Shown here: positions 50,573-60,569 of the stretch, piece by piece
Layout: every line of letters starts with the position of its first letter
Position numbering within the stretch: position 1 is the first letter of the stretch
The notes under the pieces: model-generated
What the model saw: only the letters and a program-made list of their open reading frames with translations
Databases searched by the model: none
What the model was told of the DNA's origin: nothing
Program-made: the position numbers and the translations under genes
From: Bacillota bacterium
GTDB taxonomy: Bacteria > Bacillota > Sulfobacillia > JAJZYS01 > JAJZLH01
Direction: 5' to 3'
Length of the DNA: 64,000 nucleotides
Assembly (NCBI GenBank): GCA_021827745.1
Contig: JAKAUI010000058.1
Location: 10,249 to 74,248 of the forward strand

Positions 50573-51518
50573 GCAGGATTGGCGAGTGGGAGCGCTTTCG
50601 GAGATGTACCGGATCCGCGCCTTCGAGGAGCAGTCGGCTGACTTCTACCGCCAGGGCCTGCTCGGCGGATCGCTGCACCTTGGCATCGGCCAGGAGGCGG
50701 TGGCGGTGGGGGCCGTGGGGGCGCTGCGTTCAGCCGACCAGGTGACGATGACCTATCGCGGACGGGGCCAGGCCCTGGCCAAGGGCGTCTCGGCCGCCGC
50801 CATGTTCGCCGAGATGCTGGGCCGGTCTACGGGCACCAGTCACGGCAAGGGCGGGCCGATGCACATCTACAGCCCGGAGGCCGGGGCGATGGGAACGAAT
50901 GCGATCGTGGCGGCCGGGATCCCGATCGCAGCGGGTTTGGCGCTGGCCGCCCAGCTGGACGAGAGCGACCGGGTGGTGATGACCTTCTTCGGAGACGGCG
51001 CCGTCAACCAGGGGGCCTTTCACGAGGCGATGAACCTGGCGGCCATCTGGAAGCTGCCGCTGGTTCTGATCTGCGAGAACAATCTGTATTCGGAGATGAC
51101 ACCGATCAGGGAGATGGTCGTCCAAGACGACCTGGCCGACCGGGCCAAGGCCTACGCCATCCCCGCCGCCGTCGTGGACGGAAACGATGTGGTGGTGGTG
51201 CGCCAGGCGGCAGAAGAGGCGGTGCAGCGGGCCAGATCGGGCCAGGGGCCGACCTTCTTGGAGTGCAAGACCTATCGGCTGGTCGGACACATGCTGGGCG
51301 ACCCCGAGGTCTACCGAACCCGTGATGAGGTGGAGCGCTGGGCGGCGAACGGCCCCTTGGTCAGGCTCGAGGCGAGCTTGGTTAGAGATGGGCGGTTGAC
51401 AGCAAAGGCGTGCGAGGAGATGCAGGCGGCTGCCCGTGAGGAGATCCAGGCCGCCGCCGCCCAGGCCTTGGCTGAACCGGAGCCGGATGTGGCCCAAGCC
51501 CTGACCCACGTCTTCTGA
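50565..51518 (+). CDS. TPP-dependent 2-oxoacid/acetoin dehydrogenase E1 alpha subunit
   Basis: HLGIGQEA, GKGGPMH, FGDGAVNQGAFHE, CENN, TYRLVGH. Confidence 0.92.
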   Translation: MGEQDWRVGALSEMYRIRAFEEQSADFYRQGLLGGSLHLGIGQEAVAVGAVGALRSADQVTMTYRGRGQALAKGVSAAAMFAEMLGRSTGTSHGKGGPMHIYSPEAGAMGTNAIVAAGIPIAAGLALAAQLDESDRVVMTFFGDGAVNQGAFHEAMNLAAIWKLPLVLICENNLYSEMTPIREMVVQDDLADRAKAYAIPAAVVDGNDVVVVRQAAEEAVQRARSGQGPTFLECKTYRLVGHMLGDPEVYRTRDEVERWAANGPLVRLEASLVRDGRLTAKACEEMQAAAREEIQAAAAQALAEPEPDVAQALTHVF

Positions 51519-51534
51519 GGAAGGTTGATCGCCT

Positions 51535-52515
51535 GTGCCTGAGATGAGTTACGCCCAGGCTCTCAACGATGCGCTGGGACAAGCGTTGGCCAATGATCCC
51601 AAGGTGCTGGTCATGGGCGAGGACATCGGCCATCACGGCGGCGTCTTCGCCGTGACCAAGGGTCTGCTTGAGCGCTTTGGGCCAAAGCGGGTGATCGACA
51701 CACCGATCTCGGAATCGGGCTTCTTGGGCGCTGCCATCGGAGCGGCAACGGTCGGATATCGGCCGGTGGTGGAATTGATGTGGGTCGACTTCGCCATGGT
51801 GGCGATGGACCCGATCGTCAATCAGGCCGCCAAGACGTCCTATATGTCAGATGGTCGGGTCAAGGTGCCGCTGGTGATCCGTACCCAGCAGGGAGCGGGC
51901 CGCGGCAACGGCGCCCAGCATTCGCAGAGCCTCGAGACCATGTTTGCCCAGGTGCCGGGGTTGAAGGTGGCGGCGCCGTTTGAGCCGGCGGACGCCAAGG
52001 GGATGCTGATGGCCGCCGTGGAGGACGACGGGCCGGTGATCTTCCTCGAGCACAAACTGCTCTACACCCGCAAGGGAGACGTGCCTGGCGGGCGCCATGT
52101 GGTGCCGCTGGGGAAGGCGAAGGTCAGCCGCTTGGGCCAAGATGTCACCCTGGTCGGCCTATCGCGCATGGTCGAGCTTGCCGAGACGGCGGCGAAGGAG
52201 CTGTCCCGACAGGGGGTCGAGGCCGAGGTGATCGATCTGCGCTGCCTGGTTCCGCTGGACATCGAGACCATTCGCGTCTCGTTGCAGAAGACCGGCCGGG
52301 TGGTGCTGGTCCAGGAGGCGCACCGCTCCTTTGGCTGGGCGGCCGAGGTCAGCGCCCGGCTGATGGAGGATTCGTTCGACGACCTGAAGGCGCCGGTGCG
52401 CCGAATCACCAGCGAGGATGTGCCATTTCCGTACAACCAGCGGCTCGAGGCATCCGTCATGCCGTCCGTCCCGAAGGTTGTGGCGGCGGCGCTCAGCCTC
52501 TGCCAGGACTACTGA
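51535..52515 (+). CDS. 2-oxoacid/acetoin dehydrogenase E1 beta subunit
   Basis: GEDIG..GGVF, DTPISE, AQHSQS, IDLR.L.PLD. Confidence 0.92.
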   Translation: MPEMSYAQALNDALGQALANDPKVLVMGEDIGHHGGVFAVTKGLLERFGPKRVIDTPISESGFLGAAIGAATVGYRPVVELMWVDFAMVAMDPIVNQAAKTSYMSDGRVKVPLVIRTQQGAGRGNGAQHSQSLETMFAQVPGLKVAAPFEPADAKGMLMAAVEDDGPVIFLEHKLLYTRKGDVPGGRHVVPLGKAKVSRLGQDVTLVGLSRMVELAETAAKELSRQGVEAEVIDLRCLVPLDIETIRVSLQKTGRVVLVQEAHRSFGWAAEVSARLMEDSFDDLKAPVRRITSEDVPFPYNQRLEASVMPSVPKVVAAALSLCQDY

Positions 52516-52531
52516 GGAGAGGAGCCGATCG

Positions 52532-53770
52532 ATGACCACGACCATCCGCCTGCCGAAGCTGGGATTGACGATGGATGAAGCCACCGTGGTCAGGTGGCTG
52601 GTGGCGGAGGGGGCGCCTGTCGCTGCCGGGCAGACCTTGCTCGAGGTTGAGACGGACAAGGCGACCCTGGAGGTGGAGAGCCAAGCGGGCGGATACTTGA
52701 GACGTCAGCTGGCGGCGGCCGGCGCCAAGGTCGTCCTCGGAAGCCCGCTTGGCATCGTAAGCACAACACTCGATGAGCCGGTGGCCGAGGTCGAAGCGGG
52801 CGCTGAGAACGGTGGACACGACCGCACCGCAGCCGCCCCGCGCGAGGACAGCGTGGCGCCGGATGGGAAGCCGGGCAACGAGCGGGCAACTGCGCATGGC
52901 GGCGGCCCGGCATCTCCGGCTGTCCGGCGGCGGGCCAGCGAACTTGGCATCGATCTCACAACCGTCAGGGGGTCGGGACCGGGCGGCCGGATCCGCGAAA
53001 GCGACCTTGAGGCGCTCGCCGAACCCGTGGACAGAAAGACAACCGCCACGCCCGGGCCAGCCAACTGGACCGTGTCGGAGATGTCTCGGAGCCGTGTGGC
53101 CACAGCCAGGCGGATGGTGGAGTCGGCAACCGGCATCCCTCAGTTCTCTGTGCGCCGTGAGGTGGCCATGGCGGCGGTCGTAGAGGCCAGAGCGCACCTC
53201 TTGGCCGACGCCGGAGCGGGTGCGAAGGTGTCCCTCACCGACCTCCTCTTGGCAGCCGTGGCCCAAGCCATGATGGCGCATCCAGCGCTTCGCACCCGTC
53301 TGATCGGCGACCTCGCAGAAGCCCGGATGGCAGCGTGTCCGACCGCCAACATCGGGCTCGCCGTGGACACGCCAGGCGGGCTGCTCGTGCCGGTGCTCAG
53401 CGATCTTGGCGGAAAGAGCGTGCTGGACATCGCACGTCTGAGGTCTCAGGCGGTGGAGGTCGCCCGTACGGGCCGGATCGGCGCCGGCTTTGCCAAAGAT
53501 GGGACCTTCACCGTCTCCAATCTCGGTCCGTTCGACGTCGATGACTTCACCGCCCTGGTCAGCCCAGGGGAAGCAGGCGTGGTGGCCGTGGGAGCCCTCC
53601 GCCAGCGGCCTCGCGCCGAAGGGCAGGAGGTGCGCATCGAGCCTTCCCTTACCCTGACCTTCAGTTTCGATCACCGCCTGATCGACGGCGCCGAAGGAGC
53701 CCGCTTTGCCGCCCGGGTGGTGACGGAGCTTGGAGCCGTGGCCAAAGGCGCTCTCCCAGCCGGCTCCTGA
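52532..53770 (+). CDS. Dihydrolipoamide acyltransferase (E2)
   Basis: Lipoyl ETDKA, E3-binding ASPAVRR...GSGPGGRI, catalytic FDHRLIDG. Confidence 0.92.
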   Translation: MTTTIRLPKLGLTMDEATVVRWLVAEGAPVAAGQTLLEVETDKATLEVESQAGGYLRRQLAAAGAKVVLGSPLGIVSTTLDEPVAEVEAGAENGGHDRTAAAPREDSVAPDGKPGNERATAHGGGPASPAVRRRASELGIDLTTVRGSGPGGRIRESDLEALAEPVDRKTTATPGPANWTVSEMSRSRVATARRMVESATGIPQFSVRREVAMAAVVEARAHLLADAGAGAKVSLTDLLLAAVAQAMMAHPALRTRLIGDLAEARMAACPTANIGLAVDTPGGLLVPVLSDLGGKSVLDIARLRSQAVEVARTGRIGAGFAKDGTFTVSNLGPFDVDDFTALVSPGEAGVVAVGALRQRPRAEGQEVRIEPSLTLTFSFDHRLIDGAEGARFAARVVTELGAVAKGALPAGS

Positions 53771-53773
53771 TCG

Positions 53774-54136
53774 ATGCGCTATCTGTGTGAGGTCACCACG
53801 AGACGACCCGCCGATCTTGACGACGACGCCTGGCAGGAGCTGCTCTCCCGAGAGTGGACCGTTGGGCGGCGCCTCTTGGCCGAGGGAACGATCGTCGACA
53901 TCTGGAGGGTGGCTCAAGGCCAGATGGCAAGCGTGTCGCTGTGGGAGGCGGCCTCTCAGCCGGAGGTGCAAGGGATGCTGCAGACCCTGCCCCTGGCGCC
54001 TTGGCAGACAGTGAGAATCCTTGCCCTCATGCCCCATCCGGTGACGGTGGGCGACTATGCCGAGGATGGGGACAGGGCAGGAGGCGACTCGAGCGCCGAT
54101 GGCGAGACTGTTGATCCGGGGAGGGGTGTCCGATGA
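53774..54136 (+). CDS. Muconolactone delta-isomerase-like protein
   Basis: E....L...G....IWRV..G....S.W....L..LPL.PW.....L..HP pattern of the CatC family. Confidence 0.75.
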   Translation: MRYLCEVTTRRPADLDDDAWQELLSREWTVGRRLLAEGTIVDIWRVAQGQMASVSLWEAASQPEVQGMLQTLPLAPWQTVRILALMPHPVTVGDYAEDGDRAGGDSSADGETVDPGRGVR

Positions 54137-54885
54137 AGGAAGAGCAAAGCCGCCAAGTGGTCGGCGTCACAGGAGGCGGGCAGGGCATCGGCCGGGCGGT
54201 CGCGCAGTCGTTCGCAGAGCGCGGCGCCGACGTGGTCGTGTTCGACCTTGAGGCCCAGCGCCAAAAGGCCGAGGAGACGGTCCGGCTGGTCTGCGCGGCC
54301 GGTGGCCAGGGTGCATTCATCCCGCTCGACGTGACTGCGACCGACCAGATCGGGGCTGCCGTGGAAGCCGGTGCCCGGGCGTTCGGGCCGTTTTCTGTGT
54401 GGATCAACAATGCCGGCGTGATCAGCCGGAAGGCAGCGCTGGAGGTGCAGGAGAGCGACTGGGACCCGGTGGTCGACGTCTGTCTGAAGGGCACCTTCTT
54501 CTGTGCCCAGGCGGCCGCCCGCCAGATGCGCACATCGGGCGGAGGTTCGATCATCAACATGGCATCGGTCTTCGGTCTCACCGGCGGCGCCAACCGCGCC
54601 GCCTATGCGGCGAGCAAGGGCGGCATCGTCAATCTGACCAGGGCCCTGGCGGTGGAATGGTTCGCCTATGGCATCCGGGTCAACGCCGTGGCGCCCACCT
54701 TCGTCCGAACGCCTCTGACCGACCAGCTGCTGACCAAGGGGCTCGATGTGCCGAACATGAGCTTCGGCGAGCGGTTTGCCACGTTGGATCAGGTGTGCGC
54801 TGCGATTCATTTTCTGGCCTCGGACGGCGCTGACGCCGTGACCGGCCATACCCTGCCCGTGGACTTGGGATGGACGGCGCACTGA
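54133..54885 (+). CDS. Short-chain dehydrogenase/reductase
   Basis: TGGGQGIG, INNAG, YAASK, VNAVAP. Confidence 0.92.
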   Translation: MKEEQSRQVVGVTGGGQGIGRAVAQSFAERGADVVVFDLEAQRQKAEETVRLVCAAGGQGAFIPLDVTATDQIGAAVEAGARAFGPFSVWINNAGVISRKAALEVQESDWDPVVDVCLKGTFFCAQAAARQMRTSGGGSIINMASVFGLTGGANRAAYAASKGGIVNLTRALAVEWFAYGIRVNAVAPTFVRTPLTDQLLTKGLDVPNMSFGERFATLDQVCAAIHFLASDGADAVTGHTLPVDLGWTAH

Positions 54886-54909
54886 GAGTGGACCTAGGGA
54901 GGAAGAGCC

Positions 54910-56028
54910 ATGCGCAAGATTGAGAAAATTGACGTGTGGGCGCTCGGGCCGGATCTGCCGCGCACGACCTGGGCCAGCATGCCGCCCCAGTTCATGACCA
55001 TGATCGCGGTCCGGGTCACGGACAGCGATGGCACAGAGGGAATCGGCGGAACCGAGAGCTATGCCGCCGGCCAGTTTGACCTCTCCGTCTTCGAGGCGAC
55101 CCGCACGCTGGCGGCTAGGATCGTCGGGAGCGAGGCGGGGCGGCTCGAGCAGACCTGGCAGCAGCTGCAGACGTACGTCCTGCCGGCTGCTCCGGGAGCA
55201 GTTGCCGTGCTCGACGTGGCGCTGTGGGACCTGGAGGCAAGACGGGCCGGCATGCCGCTGTACAGATTCCTCGGTGGAGCCCGCAGCCGGGCCCTGGCCT
55301 ATGCATCGACGCCGGAACTGGCCGATGTTCCTTCCTATCTCGATCATGTATCCGACCTGCAGGCGCAGGGGTTTCGGGCGATCAAGTTCCACGCCTGGAA
55401 TGTGCCTGAGCGTGACCTCGAAATGCTGGCGGCGGTTTCGGCCAAGTTCGCCGGCAGCGGGCTTCAGTTCATGCACGACGCCGAAAACCGCTACGACCGG
55501 AGAAGCGCTCTGCGGGTCGCTCAGGCGTTGGAAGAGATGAACTTTCGCTGGTTCGAGGCGCCGTTCATCGACTACGACGTGGAGGGCTACGCCGAGCTCA
55601 GGCGGCGGGTCAAGGTGCCGATCATCCCGCACGGATTGTGGATGACCGACCTGATGGAGCTGCGCCACGCCTTGATGCAGAATCCCTGGGATGCCGTCCG
55701 CTTTGACGTCACAAGCGCCGGCGGCTTCACGCTGGGGCGCAAGATCTGTGCCCTGGCGGAGGCGTTCGGGCTGCCGGTGGAACTCCAGAGCTGGGGCTAC
55801 AGCCTGATTCAGGCCGCCAATCTGCACCTGGAGCTGGCGATGGACCGGCAGAGCTTCTTCGAGCTGCCCGTCCCATACGACGCCTATGAATTCGGGGTGA
55901 AGGGATCGTTTCGACCGGATGTGGACGGTTGTGTGAGCGTGACGGAGGCACCGGGTCTCGGACTGAGCCTGGACTGGGAGGCGATGGCTCGAGCCGAGCT
56001 GGCGCACAGCGAGGTTCTAAGCGCCTAG
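54910..56028 (+). CDS. Mandelate racemase/muconate lactonizing enzyme family (enolase superfamily)
   Basis: DVALWDL.AR.AGMPLYRFLGG, GFRAIKFH, MHDAE, WFEAP, APGLG. Confidence 0.88.
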   Translation: MRKIEKIDVWALGPDLPRTTWASMPPQFMTMIAVRVTDSDGTEGIGGTESYAAGQFDLSVFEATRTLAARIVGSEAGRLEQTWQQLQTYVLPAAPGAVAVLDVALWDLEARRAGMPLYRFLGGARSRALAYASTPELADVPSYLDHVSDLQAQGFRAIKFHAWNVPERDLEMLAAVSAKFAGSGLQFMHDAENRYDRRSALRVAQALEEMNFRWFEAPFIDYDVEGYAELRRRVKVPIIPHGLWMTDLMELRHALMQNPWDAVRFDVTSAGGFTLGRKICALAEAFGLPVELQSWGYSLIQAANLHLELAMDRQSFFELPVPYDAYEFGVKGSFRPDVDGCVSVTEAPGLGLSLDWEAMARAELAHSEVLSA

Positions 56029-56156
56029 GACGCGGCGCCACACCGGTCTGACCAATGCGATCTCAGTCTGACCGGACCTCGCCGGCACGATCGCGGCGGC
56101 TGGTGGCCTATGCCATCAGCAAGACGCACGGCGCGCCCACGCCGCCCCAGGGCCGG

Positions 56157-57110
56157 CTAGGCGCTCGGCGCCCGAGCCGGCGCGTAGTGATCTGAGAGCC
56201 AGCGCACGCGCTCTTCCATCCAGTCGAGAAGCGGCTTAGGCCCGTTCGCCACGGCGTGCGGCGCAAGCGAGAGCAGCATCCGCCCAAAGAGCGGGACATC
56301 GCCTTCCTCGATCGGCATGGCGAGGTGTCCGCTGCCATCGGCCGCCAAGATCACCCAGTCGTCGTGGCCGAAGCGGCGGACGCCCTCGGGCGTCAGGTCG
56401 GCCTCTAGGACGAGGGCCTTTGGCCTGGCCAGAATCGACCCGAGGTCGGCCAGTGTGCGGGCGGCCACATCTGGTCGCGGCACAACGGCGGCGTCCGGGC
56501 GGGCCCGACTCATGCGGTCGACCCGAAACAGGCGGTAGTCCTGGCGGTCAAAGCACCAGGCCGGACAGTACCAGAGACCGTTTTGGCCGTATACGCCGAT
56601 CGGCTGGATCCGGCGGAGCTCATCTCCCCGAGCCGAGCGATAGAGCAGCTGCACCACCGTGCCGTCAAGCGCAGCCTGCAGCACCGCACCCAGTGCCGGT
56701 GCCGGGGGCGAGACCGCCCCAGTCGTGAAGTCGAGGCGGCCGGTCAGGGCGTCGACCCGGAGCCGCACCCGCTCCGGAAGCTCCTGGCGAAGTTTGTCCA
56801 CGGCCGCCTCCGCATCCATGGCGAAGGGCAGGACCTTGTAGCTTCTGAGGGCATGGAAGGCAAAGAAGAGCGCCACCGCCTCCTCGATCGTGAACGAGAT
56901 GCCAGGGAGCACCCGGTCCCTGACCAGGGCATAGCCGCCGCCAGGCCCCGGTCGGGCAGCGAGCGGGACGCCCAGCTCGCTCAGCTCGTGGAGATAGCGC
57001 AGGGCCGTTCGCTGCGAGACGCCGAGGTCGGCGGCCAGCGCCTCAACGGTGAAGGCGCCCCGCCGCGGCAGCGACATCAGGACGTCGATCAGACGGCGGG
57101 ATTTTGACAT
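56157..57110 (-). CDS. HTH-WYL domain transcriptional regulator (YafY/YobV-like)
   Basis: LAADLGVSQRTALRYL...GPGGGY, WYCPAWC..RQDYRLFRVDRM; start MSKSRRL. Confidence 0.9.
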   Translation of the reverse strand: MSKSRRLIDVLMSLPRRGAFTVEALAADLGVSQRTALRYLHELSELGVPLAARPGPGGGYALVRDRVLPGISFTIEEAVALFFAFHALRSYKVLPFAMDAEAAVDKLRQELPERVRLRVDALTGRLDFTTGAVSPPAPALGAVLQAALDGTVVQLLYRSARGDELRRIQPIGVYGQNGLWYCPAWCFDRQDYRLFRVDRMSRARPDAAVVPRPDVAARTLADLGSILARPKALVLEADLTPEGVRRFGHDDWVILAADGSGHLAMPIEEGDVPLFGRMLLSLAPHAVANGPKPLLDWMEERVRWLSDHYAPARAPSA

Positions 57111-57195
57111 TCTGCACACCGCCAGACATTCATGACAGATTTCGACATCATCTTCTGCTAGCGTGAACATCGGGTCAAGGAGGGGAGGCACAAAC

Positions 57196-58926
57196 GTGAC
57201 CGCGTCTCAGGCTGGCGCCTTCTCCTGGCGCTATCTCCGTCCAAGTCGGCGGGCCTTTTTCGGGATGGCCGTCTGCGTCTTGGTTGCATCGGTTCTGATC
57301 GTCCTTGGTCCTGCCGTTCTCGGGTCGTTCGTGAACGGGGTCGAGGCCAAGGCGGCGTCTTCGGTGCTCGTCGGCACGGCCGTCCTCTTTCTGGCGATCA
57401 CCGCCGCCGCCCAGGCAACCCTCGCCTTTGGCGCCACGCTCGCCGCCCGGGTGGCCTGGGATGCCACGAACGCCCTGCGCCGCGACCTCGCCCGCCATGT
57501 TCTTGGTCTCGATGCGGCCTTCCATCGCTCCCACCAGTCTGGGGAGCTGATCCAGCGCATCGATGCCGACGTGGGGGCCCTGGCCGGACTCTTCTCCCGG
57601 ATGACGGTGGAGGTGGGCGGCAACGGCCTGCTCATCGTCGGCGTGGTCGTGGCCATGACGCTTCTGCAGCCGGCGCTGGGCGTCGTCTTCGCCGTTCTGA
57701 TCGCACTCACGCTGGCCACTCTGGCTGTGATGGGGCAACGCTCCACGGTGCTGTTCGAAGAGGAGCGCGAGACAGAGGCTCGCTACTTCGGCGATCTTGG
57801 AGAGTCGCTCTCTGGCGCCGAGGGCCTCTGGGCGATGGGCGCCCAGGGCTTCATCGCCCAGCGCCTTGCCAGCCGGCTTGACTCCTGGAAGCGGGCCTAC
57901 GTCAGGGCCGGGGTCAGGGGCTATGTGATCTGGGCGGTGGCGCTCGGCGCCTTCGTCGTGGGAGACGTCATCGCCTATGGTCTGACCGGCGGGCAGTACC
58001 TGATCGGCCGGGTCCCTCTTGGTACCGTCTATGCGGCGGTGGCATATGCCGCCCTGCTGTCTGGGCCGCTTGACACCGTGCGCCGCCACTTCGACGACTT
58101 CCAGAGTGCCGCAGCCTCCCTGCGCCGGGTGTCCGCCCTGTTCAGCGAGCGGGGGCATCGCGGCGAGGAGGCGGTCGCACTGCCGCCGGGACCGCTCCCG
58201 GTCGAGCTTCAGCATGTGTCGTTCGCCTATCCGGACGATCCAAGCGCAGTCGTGCTTCACGACGTGAGCATCACGCTCCAGGCGGGCTCGCACCTCGCCT
58301 TGCTCGGGCGCACCGGGGCCGGAAAGACGTCTGTCGGACGGATCGTGCTCCGCCTCGAGACGCCGACTGCAGGGACGGTTCAGGTGGGCGGAGTGGACCT
58401 TTCTCTGGTCGGGGAGGCGAGCCTGCGTCAGCGCTGCGCCTATGTCGGACAAGACGTGCGGATCTTTGCCGGCACGCTGAAGGACAATCTCGCCCTCTTC
58501 GACCATCGGGTCGAAGACGCACGGCTGAACCAAGCCCTTGAAGATCTCGGCATGGCGAATTGGGCGCTTAAACGGGGAGGGCTCTTGGCAGCCGTTTCGG
58601 CGCACTCGCTCTCTGCCGGAGAGGCGCAGCTGATCGCCGTGGCCCGGGCGTTTGTCAGAGACCCCGGCCTCGTTGTCCTCGACGAACCGTTCGCCCGGGT
58701 GGAGGCGCGGACCCGTGCCGTGCTGGAGCGGGCCCTGACCCGACTGGTCGAGGGCCGCACCGCCATCATCATCGTCCATCGCCTCGCGACGCGCGCGCTG
58801 GCCGACCAGGTGATGGTGCTGGAAGCTGGCCAGGTCGTCGAGCAGGGGTCAATGTCGGAACTCTTGCGGCGGGGTGGCGGACATCTTTCGCGCGTGCTTG
58901 GAAAGGGGCTGGCAAAGACACCATGA
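57196..58926 (+). CDS. ABC exporter, fused TMD + NBD (half transporter 1)
   Basis: TM domain, GRTGAGKT, LSAGEAQ, VVLDE, VHRL; GTG start after GGAGG. Confidence 0.9.
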   Translation: MTASQAGAFSWRYLRPSRRAFFGMAVCVLVASVLIVLGPAVLGSFVNGVEAKAASSVLVGTAVLFLAITAAAQATLAFGATLAARVAWDATNALRRDLARHVLGLDAAFHRSHQSGELIQRIDADVGALAGLFSRMTVEVGGNGLLIVGVVVAMTLLQPALGVVFAVLIALTLATLAVMGQRSTVLFEEERETEARYFGDLGESLSGAEGLWAMGAQGFIAQRLASRLDSWKRAYVRAGVRGYVIWAVALGAFVVGDVIAYGLTGGQYLIGRVPLGTVYAAVAYAALLSGPLDTVRRHFDDFQSAAASLRRVSALFSERGHRGEEAVALPPGPLPVELQHVSFAYPDDPSAVVLHDVSITLQAGSHLALLGRTGAGKTSVGRIVLRLETPTAGTVQVGGVDLSLVGEASLRQRCAYVGQDVRIFAGTLKDNLALFDHRVEDARLNQALEDLGMANWALKRGGLLAAVSAHSLSAGEAQLIAVARAFVRDPGLVVLDEPFARVEARTRAVLERALTRLVEGRTAIIIVHRLATRALADQVMVLEAGQVVEQGSMSELLRRGGGHLSRVLGKGLAKTP

Positions 58927-60569
58927 GTGCGAGCATCAGACACCTCGGGGTGGTCGTGAGGGAATTGATCTCAGGAGAGCGCCTTGCCTACGGGCTGACC
59001 TCGACGGCGTGGATTCTCTGGCATGCCTCGCCCCTGCTCTTTGGGCTTCTTGCCAAGCTGTTCTTTGACGAGCTGACCGGAAGCGCTTCCTTCCACCTCG
59101 GGATCCTGGCCATCTTAGCGCTCTTTTTGGCTGTCGGGCTTGGGCGGGCGGCGACCCTGATCCTCGCCGCAGCCGCCGGCACGCCGATGTCGTTTCGGAT
59201 GGTGACCCGGGTGCGTACGGCAATGGTCGAGCGCCTCTATGCTCGTCCAGGCGGCCAGGTGCTAGACCGGCCGGTCGGGGAGGCGCTCTCGACCTTTCGC
59301 CGGGATGCCGAGCGCGTGGCCCAGACGGCGCACTGGCCGTTTGATGCCGTGGCCGGCGCCGTCTTGGCCGGCGGCGGCCTGGCCGTGCTGTTGAGCGTGA
59401 ACTGGCAGATCACGCTCGTCACGTTCATTCCGGTCGTGGCCGTCATCCTGCTGGCCCAGCACCTGCGCCTTGCCCTGTCGGCGGCCCGGGAGCGGTCCCG
59501 GCACGCGGCGGCGGCCTTCGAAGGTGCCCTGGGAGAAGTCCTGGAGGCGGCCGATGTGGTGCGCGCCTTCGGAGCAGAGGAGGATGCCGCCTCCCATCTC
59601 GCTGCGATCGGCCGTGAACGGCGAGACGCCGAGGTGCGCGACGCTGCGCTGAACGCCTGGTCAGACGCCATGTTCTCGGAAACGGCCTCGCTCGGTGCCG
59701 GCGTCGTGCTTCTGATCGCAGCCGGGGCGATGCGCCAGGGCAGCTTCACGATTGGAGACTTCGCCCTGTTCGCTACCTATCTGACGATGGTGACCGACTT
59801 CACCGGATTCCTCGGCCACCTCCTCTCCTCGCTCCGGGAGGCGGTGGTGAGTCTGCGCCGCGTCGCCCAGTTGACGTTGACCCCACCGGCCGCGCTGCTG
59901 GCAGCGGTGGGAGCCGGCGCTGCAGGAGGCTCCCTGATGCCCTTTCAAACCCTTGAGGTGAAGGGACTGAAGCCGCTGGGCGACCAAGGGCCGGTCGTGA
60001 CCTTCACGCTGCAGAAGGGCACCCTGACTGTGCTGCGGGGGCCGGTTGGCAGCGGCAAGTCGACGCTCCTGCGGATGGTGCTCGGACTGGTCGGCGACGG
60101 AGAGGGAGAGGTCAGATGGAACGGCCAGCGTCTCGTCGAGCGCCACAGGCATCTCGTCCCGCCCCGCTGCGCCTATGTCCCACAGCGCCCGGCGGTGCTG
60201 TCAGACACCTGGAGGGCCAACTTGGAGCTTGGGCGGGCCGAACGTGGCGAAAGCCTCGCACGGGCTCTTGACCTGGCCGCCCTGACCCAGGAGGTGTCTG
60301 AGAGCACAGAGGGCCTTAACACCGTGCTCGGTCGCGACGGCGCCCGGCTGTCCGGAGGCCAGGAGCAGCGCACCGCTCTGGCTCGAGCCGTAGCTGCCGG
60401 ACCGGAGCTTCTCGTCTTGGACGATGCCACGAGCGCCGTCGATGTCGAGACCGAGTCGAGAATCGTCGGCGCCCTGCGTCAAGGCGGCTACACCCTGTTG
60501 GTGGCGACCGGCAGCGACCGCCTGCTCGATGAGGCGGACCAGGTTGTCGACCTGACGCTTCCGACGTGA
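58923..60569 (+). CDS. ABC exporter, fused TMD + NBD (half transporter 2, degenerate site)
   Basis: GPVGSGKST, LSGGQ, LVLDD, no switch His; ATGA overlap. Confidence 0.88.
   Translation: MSASIRHLGVVVRELISGERLAYGLTSTAWILWHASPLLFGLLAKLFFDELTGSASFHLGILAILALFLAVGLGRAATLILAAAAGTPMSFRMVTRVRTAMVERLYARPGGQVLDRPVGEALSTFRRDAERVAQTAHWPFDAVAGAVLAGGGLAVLLSVNWQITLVTFIPVVAVILLAQHLRLALSAARERSRHAAAAFEGALGEVLEAADVVRAFGAEEDAASHLAAIGRERRDAEVRDAALNAWSDAMFSETASLGAGVVLLIAAGAMRQGSFTIGDFALFATYLTMVTDFTGFLGHLLSSLREAVVSLRRVAQLTLTPPAALLAAVGAGAAGGSLMPFQTLEVKGLKPLGDQGPVVTFTLQKGTLTVLRGPVGSGKSTLLRMVLGLVGDGEGEVRWNGQRLVERHRHLVPPRCAYVPQRPAVLSDTWRANLELGRAERGESLARALDLAALTQEVSESTEGLNTVLGRDGARLSGGQEQRTALARAVAAGPELLVLDDATSAVDVETESRIVGALRQGGYTLLVATGSDRLLDEADQVVDLTLPT

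Noticed and set aside
54055-58779. Long minus-strand ORFs 54055-56007 and 57175-58779
   Set aside because: They overlap well-supported plus-strand genes and show no recognisable domain.
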